Positions 37,660-46,799 of a stretch of 64,000 bases of DNA are shown here, in pieces. The position numbers and the translations under genes are program-made. The DNA comes from Limnobacter sp. (GTDB lineage: Bacteria > Pseudomonadota > Gammaproteobacteria > Burkholderiales > Burkholderiaceae_B), in the NCBI GenBank assembly GCA_029866125.1, contig JARWZZ010000007.1:341519-405518 (forward strand), in the 5' to 3' direction. Numbering within the stretch: position 1 is the stretch's first letter; each line of letters starts with the position of its first letter. The notes under the pieces were generated by a model. The model ran no database searches. It worked only from the letters and a program-made list of their open reading frames with translations, and had not been told where the DNA came from.

Positions 37660-37688
37660 TCAAACATTTAGTCAAACACTTAGTCAAC
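37654..37688 (+). repeat. 12-bp tandem repeat x3 spanning the DUF547 stop codon
   Basis: ACTTAGTCAAAC / ATTTAGTCAAAC / ACTTAGTCAAC. Confidence 0.85.
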
Positions 37689-37718
37689 AACACTCAATAA
37701 GCCAGTGGGGGGGTATCC

Positions 37719-38132
37719 ATGAACAAAGGTTTTGTTGGGTTGGCCCGCACCTTTTTTGCCTTATTGATGTTGGCCAGTGCCACTGGAAAACTCTTGGACA
37801 TGCCCGGTTTTTACGGCATCGTCCGCACCTACCAAATGATGCCTGAATGGCTGATTATTCCCGGCGCTTGGGTGCTGGCTTTGTTTGAGTTGGCCTTGGG
37901 TTTTGCCTTGTGCAGTAAAGCATGGCGCAAAGTCGTTTGGGTGCTGCTGCCCTTGCATCTGTTTTATTTGGTGGGCCTTAGCCAAGCACTTGTGCGTGGA
38001 TTGGTCATACCCAACTGCGGGTGTTTTGGTGTGTACTGGGGGCGGCCACTTACGCCGTACACCCTGCTGGAGGACATTGCCTTGCTTGTCCTTGCATTTA
38101 CCTTGTATCGACTTGCACCCAAGGTTCAGTGA
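37719..38132 (+). CDS. MauE/DoxX family membrane protein
   Basis: GKLLD..GF...V..Y, ELALG, NCGCFG. Confidence 0.88.
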   Translation: MNKGFVGLARTFFALLMLASATGKLLDMPGFYGIVRTYQMMPEWLIIPGAWVLALFELALGFALCSKAWRKVVWVLLPLHLFYLVGLSQALVRGLVIPNCGCFGVYWGRPLTPYTLLEDIALLVLAFTLYRLAPKVQ

Positions 38133-38137
38133 ACTGC

Positions 38138-38719
38138 ATGCGCTTCTCCATTCCCCGTTTTTGTTCCGTTTTTGTGTTCGGGTCCGTATTGGCTGTTTGC
38201 TTCAGCTTGCCTGCGCATGCCTTGCAAGTGGATGGGGTTGAACTACCCGATACGTTTGCCTATGAAGGGCAAACCTTGACCGCCAATGGTTCGGGCACGC
38301 GCTTGTATTCTTTTCTCAAAATTAAAGTGTATTCAGCAACGCTTTATCTCCCTGTTAAAAACAGCAATCCCGAACAAATTCTGGCCAGCAAACTGCCACG
38401 TGTGCTCCACCTTAAAATGCGTGTGGATGCCAAGCGGGATGATGCCATGGAGGCTTGGGCATACTACCTGAAGCAGAACTGCAGTAGCCCTTGCAAAATC
38501 AACCCGCAATCTCAAGCCCGTTTTTTGGATGCGCAAGCCAACCTGAAGGAAGGCGACACTGAAACCTACTTTTTCACAGCGCAGGGTTTGATGATCAAGC
38601 GCAATGGGCAAGATGTTTTGAATATTGGAGATGCTGATTTTGCGAATCTGGTTTTGGCGGGTTGGCTGGGTAAAGAGCCCACCACTGAGGCATTGAAGGC
38701 CAAATTGCTTGGAAACTAA
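38138..38719 (+). CDS. Chalcone-isomerase-fold (fatty-acid-binding-like) periplasmic protein
   Basis: Signal peptide; L.ANGSG.R.Y.F.KIKVY.A.LY, FA.LVL..WLG..P. Confidence 0.85.
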   Translation: MRFSIPRFCSVFVFGSVLAVCFSLPAHALQVDGVELPDTFAYEGQTLTANGSGTRLYSFLKIKVYSATLYLPVKNSNPEQILASKLPRVLHLKMRVDAKRDDAMEAWAYYLKQNCSSPCKINPQSQARFLDAQANLKEGDTETYFFTAQGLMIKRNGQDVLNIGDADFANLVLAGWLGKEPTTEALKAKLLGN

Positions 38720-38768
38720 TCCATGCAATATTCCTGTGTGAGTGGAGGCTAGGCGACCATTTTTATAT

Positions 38769-38795
38769 AAAAAAAACCACCCATGGAAGGGTGGT
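38769..38795 (-). terminator. Intrinsic terminator for the DUF1302 operon
   Basis: ACCACCC-N6-GGGTGGT hairpin with a T run on the minus strand. Confidence 0.7.
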
Positions 38796-38889
38796 GTCGA
38801 GCGTAGTCCATCTTTCGGAGTTGATAACCACGGAGGCCTGAAAAGCCCCTAGACGAGAAGACATTCCTTGGGGTTTCTTACCCGATCAA

Positions 38890-40755
38890 TCAAAAAGCCT
38901 TGGATGCTGTGAGGGCGAGGAAATCCCTGTCGCGCAGTACGTCATAGTCAGCAGCATTGATGTATTTGGTGTAGTTCACCGCTGCTTTGGTGGCGGAGTC
39001 AAATTCAAAGGTGACACCCAAGCCCAATGTTTGGCGACCTTCATTGAAACTCTGACCGGGTTCAGGTGACCAGCCTTCCACATCATGCGAGAAAGCAATA
39101 CTTGGCAACATTGCAATGCCTTTGTAGACATCCCGATAATTGCCGGCTAACCGCAATCGATAGCCCCAAGAGAAGTCTGTCACAAAGCCTGCATTGAAGG
39201 TGTTGCCTGCATCGGCACCCCCACCAAACACGGAGGATCGACCATAACGCTGGGTGCGTGTATCGGGTAATCCACTGACAAACACGGCACCCACTTCGCC
39301 GGCAAGACTGTATGCCGATGCACCCAGAATCCGATCAAATTGGCGGATAAATGAGGATTGGATTTGGGTGACATTGAATCGGTCGTAACCTTTGACGATT
39401 GAACCATTTGGCGCCGCTGCATAACGGCTGCTGAATGTAGAACCCGTGCCAGGTCGATTGGCTTGGTTATCGATTGTAGACACTTGATTGCTACCGTTGA
39501 ACACAGGTATGGATTGTCCGAAAATTCCAGCTCTGAGCAATTCCACCGTGCTGATCTGGATGGGTACATCCATTGCACGACTGACTTCTCCAGCCCATGC
39601 CCAGCCTTTGTAGTTGGTGGAGAAACTACCACCAATGATGGAAATGTTTTCTGGGAAGTCCACCACATATTGACCGTCATAGGATGCGTTTTGCACAGGT
39701 GCGCCTGCGGTGGTGACGCCACGCGCAAAGGTGCTTCCGTCAGATGCTTTTTTCAAACTGAAGAGTGGTAAACGATTGTGGTAATTCATGTAATAAGCGC
39801 CGAATTCGGCACCCAAACTGGAGGCATATTTTCTAAATGCCAAGCCGAATTGGCCACCGTTTTTCGGATCTTGATCTGGACCACGGTTGATCACAAAACC
39901 GGCTGGGTAATTGTTTTGATCCGCAGCCGAAGCGGCAAACGCCAAGCGGTTGCAGCCATCGGCACCCACATCGGAGCTTGAGAAATAGGTGCCACACAAC
40001 TCGGGTACTGAGTTGCGCCACTTCAGTTGGTAAAAGGCTTCCAGACTGGTGGATTCTGTGGTCGAGATATTGGCATACAGCATTTCGGATGGGGTGAAGG
40101 CTTCTTTCAATTCTGCACCGGGCCTGCGCAGTGCAGACACATCAATTGGATTCAAGCCAGAGATCGGGCTTTGAATAAAGAAGCTTTCGCCCCATCCGAT
40201 AACCTGACGACCCAAGCGGATGCTGGACTCCTTGCCCATTAACTGAGTGTTCCAGTATCCATAGGCTTCCAACAAATTAATACCGTCAAATTTTGCATAA
40301 GGTGCTGCGCCCGAATCATTCAGGTGACGGTCACGTGCATTGGATGTCGGCTCATGGCCATGGTAGACGCCGCTGTTGTTTAAAGTGGAGTCATAAAACC
40401 ATTTGACCCGAGTGAAGGCACCGTAGTTGTCCCTTTTCAGCTCCAGTTCATGGATGCCTTTCACAATGGTTGAGAACGCATCGCCTTTGTCGAAGTTCAG
40501 GTTGCCGTCATCGCCTGTATTGGATTTACCAGTGCCTTTGGTTCCATCCCGCGAAGAGTTGCCGGGCGAGTACAATGCACGGTCGCGGTTTTCCATGCGA
40601 ATGCTTTGACCGACGCTGACTGTGCTGTTGATGGTTAAATCCATGTCACCGATTCTCAGCTCAACCGCATATACGGAGGTGCTACCAAGCAGGATCAAGC
40701 CTGTCGCCAATTCGGCTGCCACTCTAGTGGCTTTGTGTTGTTGAGTATTCATCAT
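38890..40755 (-). CDS. DUF1302 family outer-membrane beta-barrel
   Basis: DDGNLNFDKGD, RLGRQV.GWGES.F, LEAFYQ, RDRDF....S..F C-terminus. Confidence 0.92.
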   Translation of the reverse strand: MMNTQQHKATRVAAELATGLILLGSTSVYAVELRIGDMDLTINSTVSVGQSIRMENRDRALYSPGNSSRDGTKGTGKSNTGDDGNLNFDKGDAFSTIVKGIHELELKRDNYGAFTRVKWFYDSTLNNSGVYHGHEPTSNARDRHLNDSGAAPYAKFDGINLLEAYGYWNTQLMGKESSIRLGRQVIGWGESFFIQSPISGLNPIDVSALRRPGAELKEAFTPSEMLYANISTTESTSLEAFYQLKWRNSVPELCGTYFSSSDVGADGCNRLAFAASAADQNNYPAGFVINRGPDQDPKNGGQFGLAFRKYASSLGAEFGAYYMNYHNRLPLFSLKKASDGSTFARGVTTAGAPVQNASYDGQYVVDFPENISIIGGSFSTNYKGWAWAGEVSRAMDVPIQISTVELLRAGIFGQSIPVFNGSNQVSTIDNQANRPGTGSTFSSRYAAAPNGSIVKGYDRFNVTQIQSSFIRQFDRILGASAYSLAGEVGAVFVSGLPDTRTQRYGRSSVFGGGADAGNTFNAGFVTDFSWGYRLRLAGNYRDVYKGIAMLPSIAFSHDVEGWSPEPGQSFNEGRQTLGLGVTFEFDSATKAAVNYTKYINAADYDVLRDRDFLALTASKAF

Positions 40756-40782
40756 CTGTCTCCTCGATTTTCTTCTTGTGAC

Positions 40783-42144
40783 TCAGCGACCCATACGGCG
40801 CAGGGCAGATGTTGAGAAATCTGCAGCAGCGAATTTTTTACCGAACTCCACGGGCTTCTCTTCATTGGTCAAGGCATTGACCAAATAGCGACGAGCTTGA
40901 AGGTCGTACATCACTTCGCCGGCCTGAGCAAAGGCAGGGGCGTTGTAGAACTGGACGCCATAGACCTCGCGTACACGCCACAAACCGCCGCGTGAGTCGT
41001 ATTGGTCAGCGTGCAAAATAGTCCAGGAATCTTCATCGATGTAAAACACACGCTTGGAATAAATATGGCGCGCACCGGGTTTTAGATTGGCCTCGACCAC
41101 CCACACGCGGTGGGGCTCATAACGCACCAAATCCTGATTGACATGAGACTGTCCGAGAATTTGTGAGTACTTCAAGTCCTTGCTCGTCATTTTGTAGTTG
41201 TTGTAGGCCACGTACATTTCTTTTTTACCAACCAGTTTCCATGTGTAGCGGTCGGGTGCACCGTTGAATCCATTGAAGTCATCATTGGTGCGAAGGCCGT
41301 CCGCACCCGTACCTGGGCTGTCATACGCGATTTCAGGCGCGCGAATGACACGTCGCTGTCCAGGGTTGTACTGCCATGCCAACCTGGGTTCTGCAACCTG
41401 ATCCAGAGGTTCATGCACCAGAATCACCTCACCTGCCGCATTGGCAGGGGCGGTGGTTACACTCATGTAATAGAAGTTACGGTTGGGTTCCGGATCAGAC
41501 AGAAATGCAGCCGAGGCGATGCTCTCCTTGCGTTTGCCCAAGGTATATACCCCATTGGTTTGTACAGGGAAGTCAGCCGATTCTCTGATGATCGATCCAC
41601 CCAAATCACGCATAATGTGATTCCAGATGACCTGCACGCCTTCGGTTGGAACAGGAAAGGGAACCGTGGATTTTTTCAGGTTTTGCAGTCCATTTCCGCC
41701 TGCTGCCAGTTTGATGTTTGCAGCTTCCTCTTTGGCGTATTTGTACACATCAGGCCGATAAGCTGCTGTGCGATGCGAGGGGTACACATTCATTTTGAAT
41801 GTGGGGTAACGCTTCATCATCTCCATTTGGCCGGGAGCCAGCTTGTCTTTGTGCTGCTCCATGTTGGCGGCTGTGATGGTCACTGTGGGTTTTTCTGATG
41901 CAAAAGGGTCTAAGTAGCCTTTGGCGGGGTTAAAACCTGCAACAGGCTTATCCAAGCCACCTTCCCATGAAGGAATGGTTCCCGACGCATTGCCTGCTTT
42001 CTCCGCGCCCATGGGTGTTAGTGTACTGCCCAGTTTGGAATAATCCTGCGCCAATGCGGGCGCACCGATTGAGCCCAAGATTGAGCCCAATATTAATCCC
42101 AGAATGGTAAAACTCAATCGACTTTCGGTTTTCTTGACTTTCAT
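40783..42144 (-). CDS. DUF1329 family periplasmic protein
   Basis: LTPMGAEKAGNASGTIP.W.GG, AWQYNPGQRRV.RAP, YIDEDSW. Confidence 0.93.
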   Translation of the reverse strand: MKVKKTESRLSFTILGLILGSILGSIGAPALAQDYSKLGSTLTPMGAEKAGNASGTIPSWEGGLDKPVAGFNPAKGYLDPFASEKPTVTITAANMEQHKDKLAPGQMEMMKRYPTFKMNVYPSHRTAAYRPDVYKYAKEEAANIKLAAGGNGLQNLKKSTVPFPVPTEGVQVIWNHIMRDLGGSIIRESADFPVQTNGVYTLGKRKESIASAAFLSDPEPNRNFYYMSVTTAPANAAGEVILVHEPLDQVAEPRLAWQYNPGQRRVIRAPEIAYDSPGTGADGLRTNDDFNGFNGAPDRYTWKLVGKKEMYVAYNNYKMTSKDLKYSQILGQSHVNQDLVRYEPHRVWVVEANLKPGARHIYSKRVFYIDEDSWTILHADQYDSRGGLWRVREVYGVQFYNAPAFAQAGEVMYDLQARRYLVNALTNEEKPVEFGKKFAAADFSTSALRRMGR

Positions 42145-42182
42145 TGTTTCTTCTCCCTTTGATTTTTGTCGTTTAATTTGGG

Positions 42183-43919
42183 CTAGAGTTGCCACACCAC
42201 CGGTTTTGCACAATTCACCCAGCCTTCGATTTGCTCTGAATACCTCTCTTCAATGATGTTTCTTCGAATTTTCATTGTGGGGGTGAGGAATCCGTTGGCT
42301 ATGGTCCATTGCTGGTTTACAACCACCAGGCAGGCCAATTGCTCATGCGGGTCCAGGGAGGTGTTCACTGCGTTTTTTAGATCGGTGAGCTCATGTGTCA
42401 ATTTGCTGACCTCATCTGGACTCATCTTCAACACAGTTTCGGCATTCAGCATCAGTAGCCCGACAGGTTGTGCTTCACCTGCGCCCATGACACAAGCCAC
42501 TTCGATGATCTGATTGGTCATCAGTTTGTTTTCGATCGGTGCAGGGGCTACATACTTGCCCTTGCTGGTTTTAAACAACTCCTTAATTCGACCTGTGATT
42601 CGAAGTCTTCCTAGCTCATCCAATGAGCCCATATCCCCAGTTTTGAAGTAACCGTCTGAAGTGAATGCGTCAAGTGTCTTTTCGGGTTCAAGGTAATAAC
42701 CCAGCATACGTGCGGGGCTTTTGATCAAGACTTCACCTTGGGTGTCAATTCGGCGCTCAACGCCATCCAGGGGCTGACCCACATAGCCAATGCGTTTGGC
42801 ATCAGGCCTTGAAAAATGGGAGTAAGAGAAGTCCTCCGACATGCCATAGCCCTCTAGCAATTCGAGTCCAATATCCCAGTACCATTGGAGTAAGCGGGTT
42901 GGAAGAGGGGCAGAGCCCGATACTGCAAATTTGACTTGATCCAACCCTAGGCTTTCCAGCACAGCTTGTCGGCAGGCTGATGCGGTGTCAGGATTCTGCA
43001 GTTGTTGATTCAGCTCTGCTTCTGACACACTACGGAAAATGCTTTGCTGAAATTTCACCCAGAGCCGTGGTACGCAATGGAAGATGGTGGGGCGAGCCCG
43101 CTTGATGTCCCGATTGAATGTAGCCAGAGATTCGATAAAGAATATTTGGCATCCATGGCGCAATGCGGTGGCAAAGACAACCGCGCCCTCAAACACATGG
43201 GCCAGCGGTAAATAGGACAGCATCCGATCTTCAAGGCACACTGGAGCAACTTGGGAATAAGCCTGAGATGAAACCTGAAAGGATTTGAAACTGAGCATCA
43301 CGCCTTTGGGCACACCGGTTGTTCCCGAGGTGTAAACAATGGTTGCAAGGTCATCTTCATGGGGCATGTTTACATGGGCAACCGGGCATTCTGTACTGAT
43401 GATTGATTCCCAGCATTGAATGCTTTTGGATTGCAGTTCCAGCGAGGTGCCCGGTAAACAGACCACCGGAGTATCGATATTCAATCCATCAGCCATGGTT
43501 TGCCAATCATCCACCTGACCCAGAATAATCAGCCGGCTGTCGCTGTGCTCCAAAATGTACTGAAAGGTTTTGGGATTGAGTGATGGGTAGACTGGTACAC
43601 TGACATGGCCTGCCATCCAGATTGCAAGGTCTGCCATCATCCAGTGGGCTGAATTTTTACCCAAAAGCGCAATCCTTGAGCCTTTGGGATACTCCAAAGA
43701 CTGGAGATAAGACGCCATGCGGCGCACCTGGGCTGCGGTCTCTTTCCATGTGTAGTCTTGCACTCCGGTGGCAAGTGGCTGAGACAGAAATACCGAGTCT
43801 GGTTGAGATTTCTCCCAGTGCAACAACCCCTCCAGCGGAGTCCACTGATCGTGCCGCAATCCGACAGGATTTGACAGAGTGGAGGAGGGGGTATTGGCCC
43901 TATTTAATACATCAAGCAT
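42183..43919 (-). CDS. Long-chain acyl-CoA synthetase (AMP-binding)
   Basis: YTSGTTGVPKG, EGYGMSE, TGDMG, GRIKELFKTSKGKYVAP. Confidence 0.93.
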   Translation of the reverse strand: MLDVLNRANTPSSTLSNPVGLRHDQWTPLEGLLHWEKSQPDSVFLSQPLATGVQDYTWKETAAQVRRMASYLQSLEYPKGSRIALLGKNSAHWMMADLAIWMAGHVSVPVYPSLNPKTFQYILEHSDSRLIILGQVDDWQTMADGLNIDTPVVCLPGTSLELQSKSIQCWESIISTECPVAHVNMPHEDDLATIVYTSGTTGVPKGVMLSFKSFQVSSQAYSQVAPVCLEDRMLSYLPLAHVFEGAVVFATALRHGCQIFFIESLATFNRDIKRARPTIFHCVPRLWVKFQQSIFRSVSEAELNQQLQNPDTASACRQAVLESLGLDQVKFAVSGSAPLPTRLLQWYWDIGLELLEGYGMSEDFSYSHFSRPDAKRIGYVGQPLDGVERRIDTQGEVLIKSPARMLGYYLEPEKTLDAFTSDGYFKTGDMGSLDELGRLRITGRIKELFKTSKGKYVAPAPIENKLMTNQIIEVACVMGAGEAQPVGLLMLNAETVLKMSPDEVSKLTHELTDLKNAVNTSLDPHEQLACLVVVNQQWTIANGFLTPTMKIRRNIIEERYSEQIEGWVNCAKPVVWQL

Positions 43920-43970
43920 TTTGATCGTTCTTTTAGGTAGTTTGAGCTGCAAGACTCATGGTGATTTTCA

Positions 43971-44711
43971 TCACTGCATGTGTACGCCACCATTCACATT
44001 CAATGTAGTGCCCGTGATGTAGCTGGCCTGGTCAGAGCACAAAAAGGACACAGCAGCGCCAATGTCTTGGGGTGTACCAGGACGCTTCATCGGAATGATG
44101 TCTAGAATGGATTGGCGAATGTCTTCCCGAATGGCCAGTACCATTTCAGTTTCGATAAATCCGGGGGCAATGGCATTGACTGTTACGCCTCTTGCCGCTA
44201 CTTCTTGAGCAAGTGCCTTTGTAAATCCAATACACCCTGCCTTGGCAGCTGTGTAGTTGGTTTGTCCGGCTTGGCCACGAAGGGCATTGACTGATGAAAT
44301 ATTGACTATCCTGCCCCAACCCCTCTCCGTCATTTTTGAGGAGACCTGATGGGTAACGTTAAACAGGCTGTCCAAGTTGGTGCCCATCACCGCGTCCCAG
44401 TTTTCTTTGCTTAACTTGGGGAAAAATTTATCGCGTGTAATTCCTGCATTGTTGATCAGTACATCCACTTGTCCAAACTCTGCTTCAATGGAGGCAATCA
44501 TTCGGGTACAGGATTCGTAATCCGAAACATCGCCTTCGGCAGCATGAAATTCGTAACCCAAGCCGCGTTGCTTTTCCAGCCAAGCTGCTTTTTCGGGGTA
44601 AGCAGGAAGACAGTTGACGAGCACCTTGTACCCATCCTCGTACAAGCGCTGGCATATTGCGGTTCCAAGTCCACCCATTCCACCTGTCACTAGCGCGATT
44701 CGCTGATTCAT
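43971..44711 (-). CDS. phbB: Acetoacetyl-CoA reductase
   Basis: ALVTGGMGGLGTAIC.RL, NNAGITRD, GQAGQTNYTAAKAG. Confidence 0.9.
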   Translation of the reverse strand: MNQRIALVTGGMGGLGTAICQRLYEDGYKVLVNCLPAYPEKAAWLEKQRGLGYEFHAAEGDVSDYESCTRMIASIEAEFGQVDVLINNAGITRDKFFPKLSKENWDAVMGTNLDSLFNVTHQVSSKMTERGWGRIVNISSVNALRGQAGQTNYTAAKAGCIGFTKALAQEVAARGVTVNAIAPGFIETEMVLAIREDIRQSILDIIPMKRPGTPQDIGAAVSFLCSDQASYITGTTLNVNGGVHMQ

Positions 44712-44946
44712 TCTTTTCCCTTCATTCAATTGAAAGCCTGTTCTCCAAGAACGATGTGGAAATTGTAGGTGGGGGGTTCTTGTGGGGGCAGTCGGATATT
44801 TCCAGTAATCGGCTCAGACAATTCCTATAAGGCGTGGGCACTTTGGGATCTGTTCAATCCTTGTCTTTGAAGATATGCTCAGATATTTCCTACACGGTAT
44901 GTAGACGATTCTGACTACGCCCATTTTGGTCAGGAAATTAATATGA

Positions 44947-46014
44947 ATGTCGATGATTGAGGAACAAATCATGAACCCCGACGATAAGACCTTCTATTCC
45001 GATATCCCTTTTCAGGCAATCGTAGAGCAGTCACTGGCGGGAATCTACATCATTCAAGATGAGAAGTTCATGTATGTGAATGAAACTTGGGCCAAGATGG
45101 CGGGCTATACCCCGGATGAGATTGTGGGTAAAAATATGCGTCAATTCATCCACGCGGATATTTTGGAAGAGGTGATGGACCGGTACTACAAGCGCATTCA
45201 TGGTGAACTGAAAAGCGTGCATTTCATCACCAAGGCGATTAGTAAATCCGGGGCGATTGTTCGAATTGAAGTTCATGGAAGTTATGTTGAATTCCAGGGC
45301 AAACCGGCGGTAGCAGGTATTGGAATTGATGTTACAGAGCGTCTTGAGCGTGATGAAGAGTTAAAGCGGTCCAAGGCGCAGTTGCAAGAGCTTGCCGCCC
45401 ACATTGATAAAATCAGAGAAGAGCAGCGAGGCAAGTTTGCAAGGGAATTGCATGATGTGCTGGGCGGAATGCTGACCTCGATGAAGATGGACGTCACGCG
45501 AATTATGCGTCGCGTGAATACCCCTGAGCTGCAAGAAATTACCCGAGGCTTGCGGCTACTGACGCAGGAAACCATCGACACCGTACGAAAAATATCCGAA
45601 GAGTTACGCCCCAGTGTATTGGATCACCTTGGCTTACAGGCAGCAATTGAGAAGGACATTGCCGAGTTTTCCAAGCGCTATAGCATCAATTGCCATGTGG
45701 ATCAGGATGAGGGCATTAAAGACCTTTCCCCACGCAAAATTACAGCCACCTACCGCATATTTCAAGAGGCACTGACCAATATTGCTCGACATGCCGATGC
45801 CTCGGTTGTGACGGTATCGCTGTCTTGTGAGGGCGAGAATTTCAGTATGGAAATAATTGACAACGGTATCGGCATTGATTTGCGATCATCTCGGATCGGA
45901 TCGATTGGTCTGTTGAGTATGAAAGAAAGGGCGCGGGCCATTGGTGGGACACTGGAAGTGGGGCCTGGACTGGTGTGCGGCACACGCTTGTGCTTAATGG
46001 CAGCGATGAATTAA
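44947..46014 (+). CDS. PAS-domain sensor kinase (HisKA_3/NarX type)
   Basis: PAS domain; ARELHD.LG..L, FQEALTNIARHA, DNGIG. Confidence 0.92.
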   Translation: MSMIEEQIMNPDDKTFYSDIPFQAIVEQSLAGIYIIQDEKFMYVNETWAKMAGYTPDEIVGKNMRQFIHADILEEVMDRYYKRIHGELKSVHFITKAISKSGAIVRIEVHGSYVEFQGKPAVAGIGIDVTERLERDEELKRSKAQLQELAAHIDKIREEQRGKFARELHDVLGGMLTSMKMDVTRIMRRVNTPELQEITRGLRLLTQETIDTVRKISEELRPSVLDHLGLQAAIEKDIAEFSKRYSINCHVDQDEGIKDLSPRKITATYRIFQEALTNIARHADASVVTVSLSCEGENFSMEIIDNGIGIDLRSSRIGSIGLLSMKERARAIGGTLEVGPGLVCGTRLCLMAAMN

Positions 46015-46059
46015 CCGCTGATATGACTGAATGGAATTTATCGTAAAGGTGGATACGAA

Positions 46060-46692
46060 ATGATTGATGTATTGGTGGTCGATGACCACACCATTTTCCG
46101 TTCGGGTCTGAGACGTTTGTTCTCTGATGAGCAAGATATTCAAGTGGCCGATGAAGCGCGCAACGGTGCCATTGCCCTGTCCAAACTGCGTCAACGAATG
46201 TTTGATGTGGTCCTGCTGGACATTAGCATGGAAGGCCGCAGCGGCCTTGAAGTGCTGGAGTCCATGAGGGCTGAATATCCTGCCCTGCCGGTGTTGGTTT
46301 TGTCCATGTACCCCGAAGAGCAATATGCAATGGTGGCCATGAAGTCTGGTGCCAATGGGTATTTGTCCAAGGATGTTGAACCGGATGAGTTGATCCGTGC
46401 CATCCGGCACATTGCCAACGGGCAGCGTTACCTCAGCAGCAAAGGTGCGGAGATGGTGTTGATGCAACTGGATGGGCGTGATGAACGACCTGCGCATCAA
46501 AAGTTATCGGCGCGGGAGTATGAGGTTATGCGAATGATTGTCAATGGGGTATCGCTGACTGAAATTGGCGCAAAGATGTTTATCAGTGTGAAAACTGTGA
46601 GTACGCATCGCACCCGGATACTGGACAAACTGGGGTTAACCAGCAACGCAGAGTTGGTGAAATTTGCCATACGGCAGGGTATTGAAACTTGA
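46060..46692 (+). CDS. NarL/FixJ-family response regulator
   Basis: VVDDH, LLDISM, LSAREYEV, SVKTVSTHR..IL.KL. Confidence 0.94.
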   Translation: MIDVLVVDDHTIFRSGLRRLFSDEQDIQVADEARNGAIALSKLRQRMFDVVLLDISMEGRSGLEVLESMRAEYPALPVLVLSMYPEEQYAMVAMKSGANGYLSKDVEPDELIRAIRHIANGQRYLSSKGAEMVLMQLDGRDERPAHQKLSAREYEVMRMIVNGVSLTEIGAKMFISVKTVSTHRTRILDKLGLTSNAELVKFAIRQGIET

Positions 46693-46799
46693 ATGCCGAT
46701 GTAAATGTCGGAATGTTCTGAGGATGTTAAGGGAAAGGTCTGACTAGCAAAAGCAAGCCTTGATTTAGACAATCGACGCAGATTTTATAGGGATAAATA

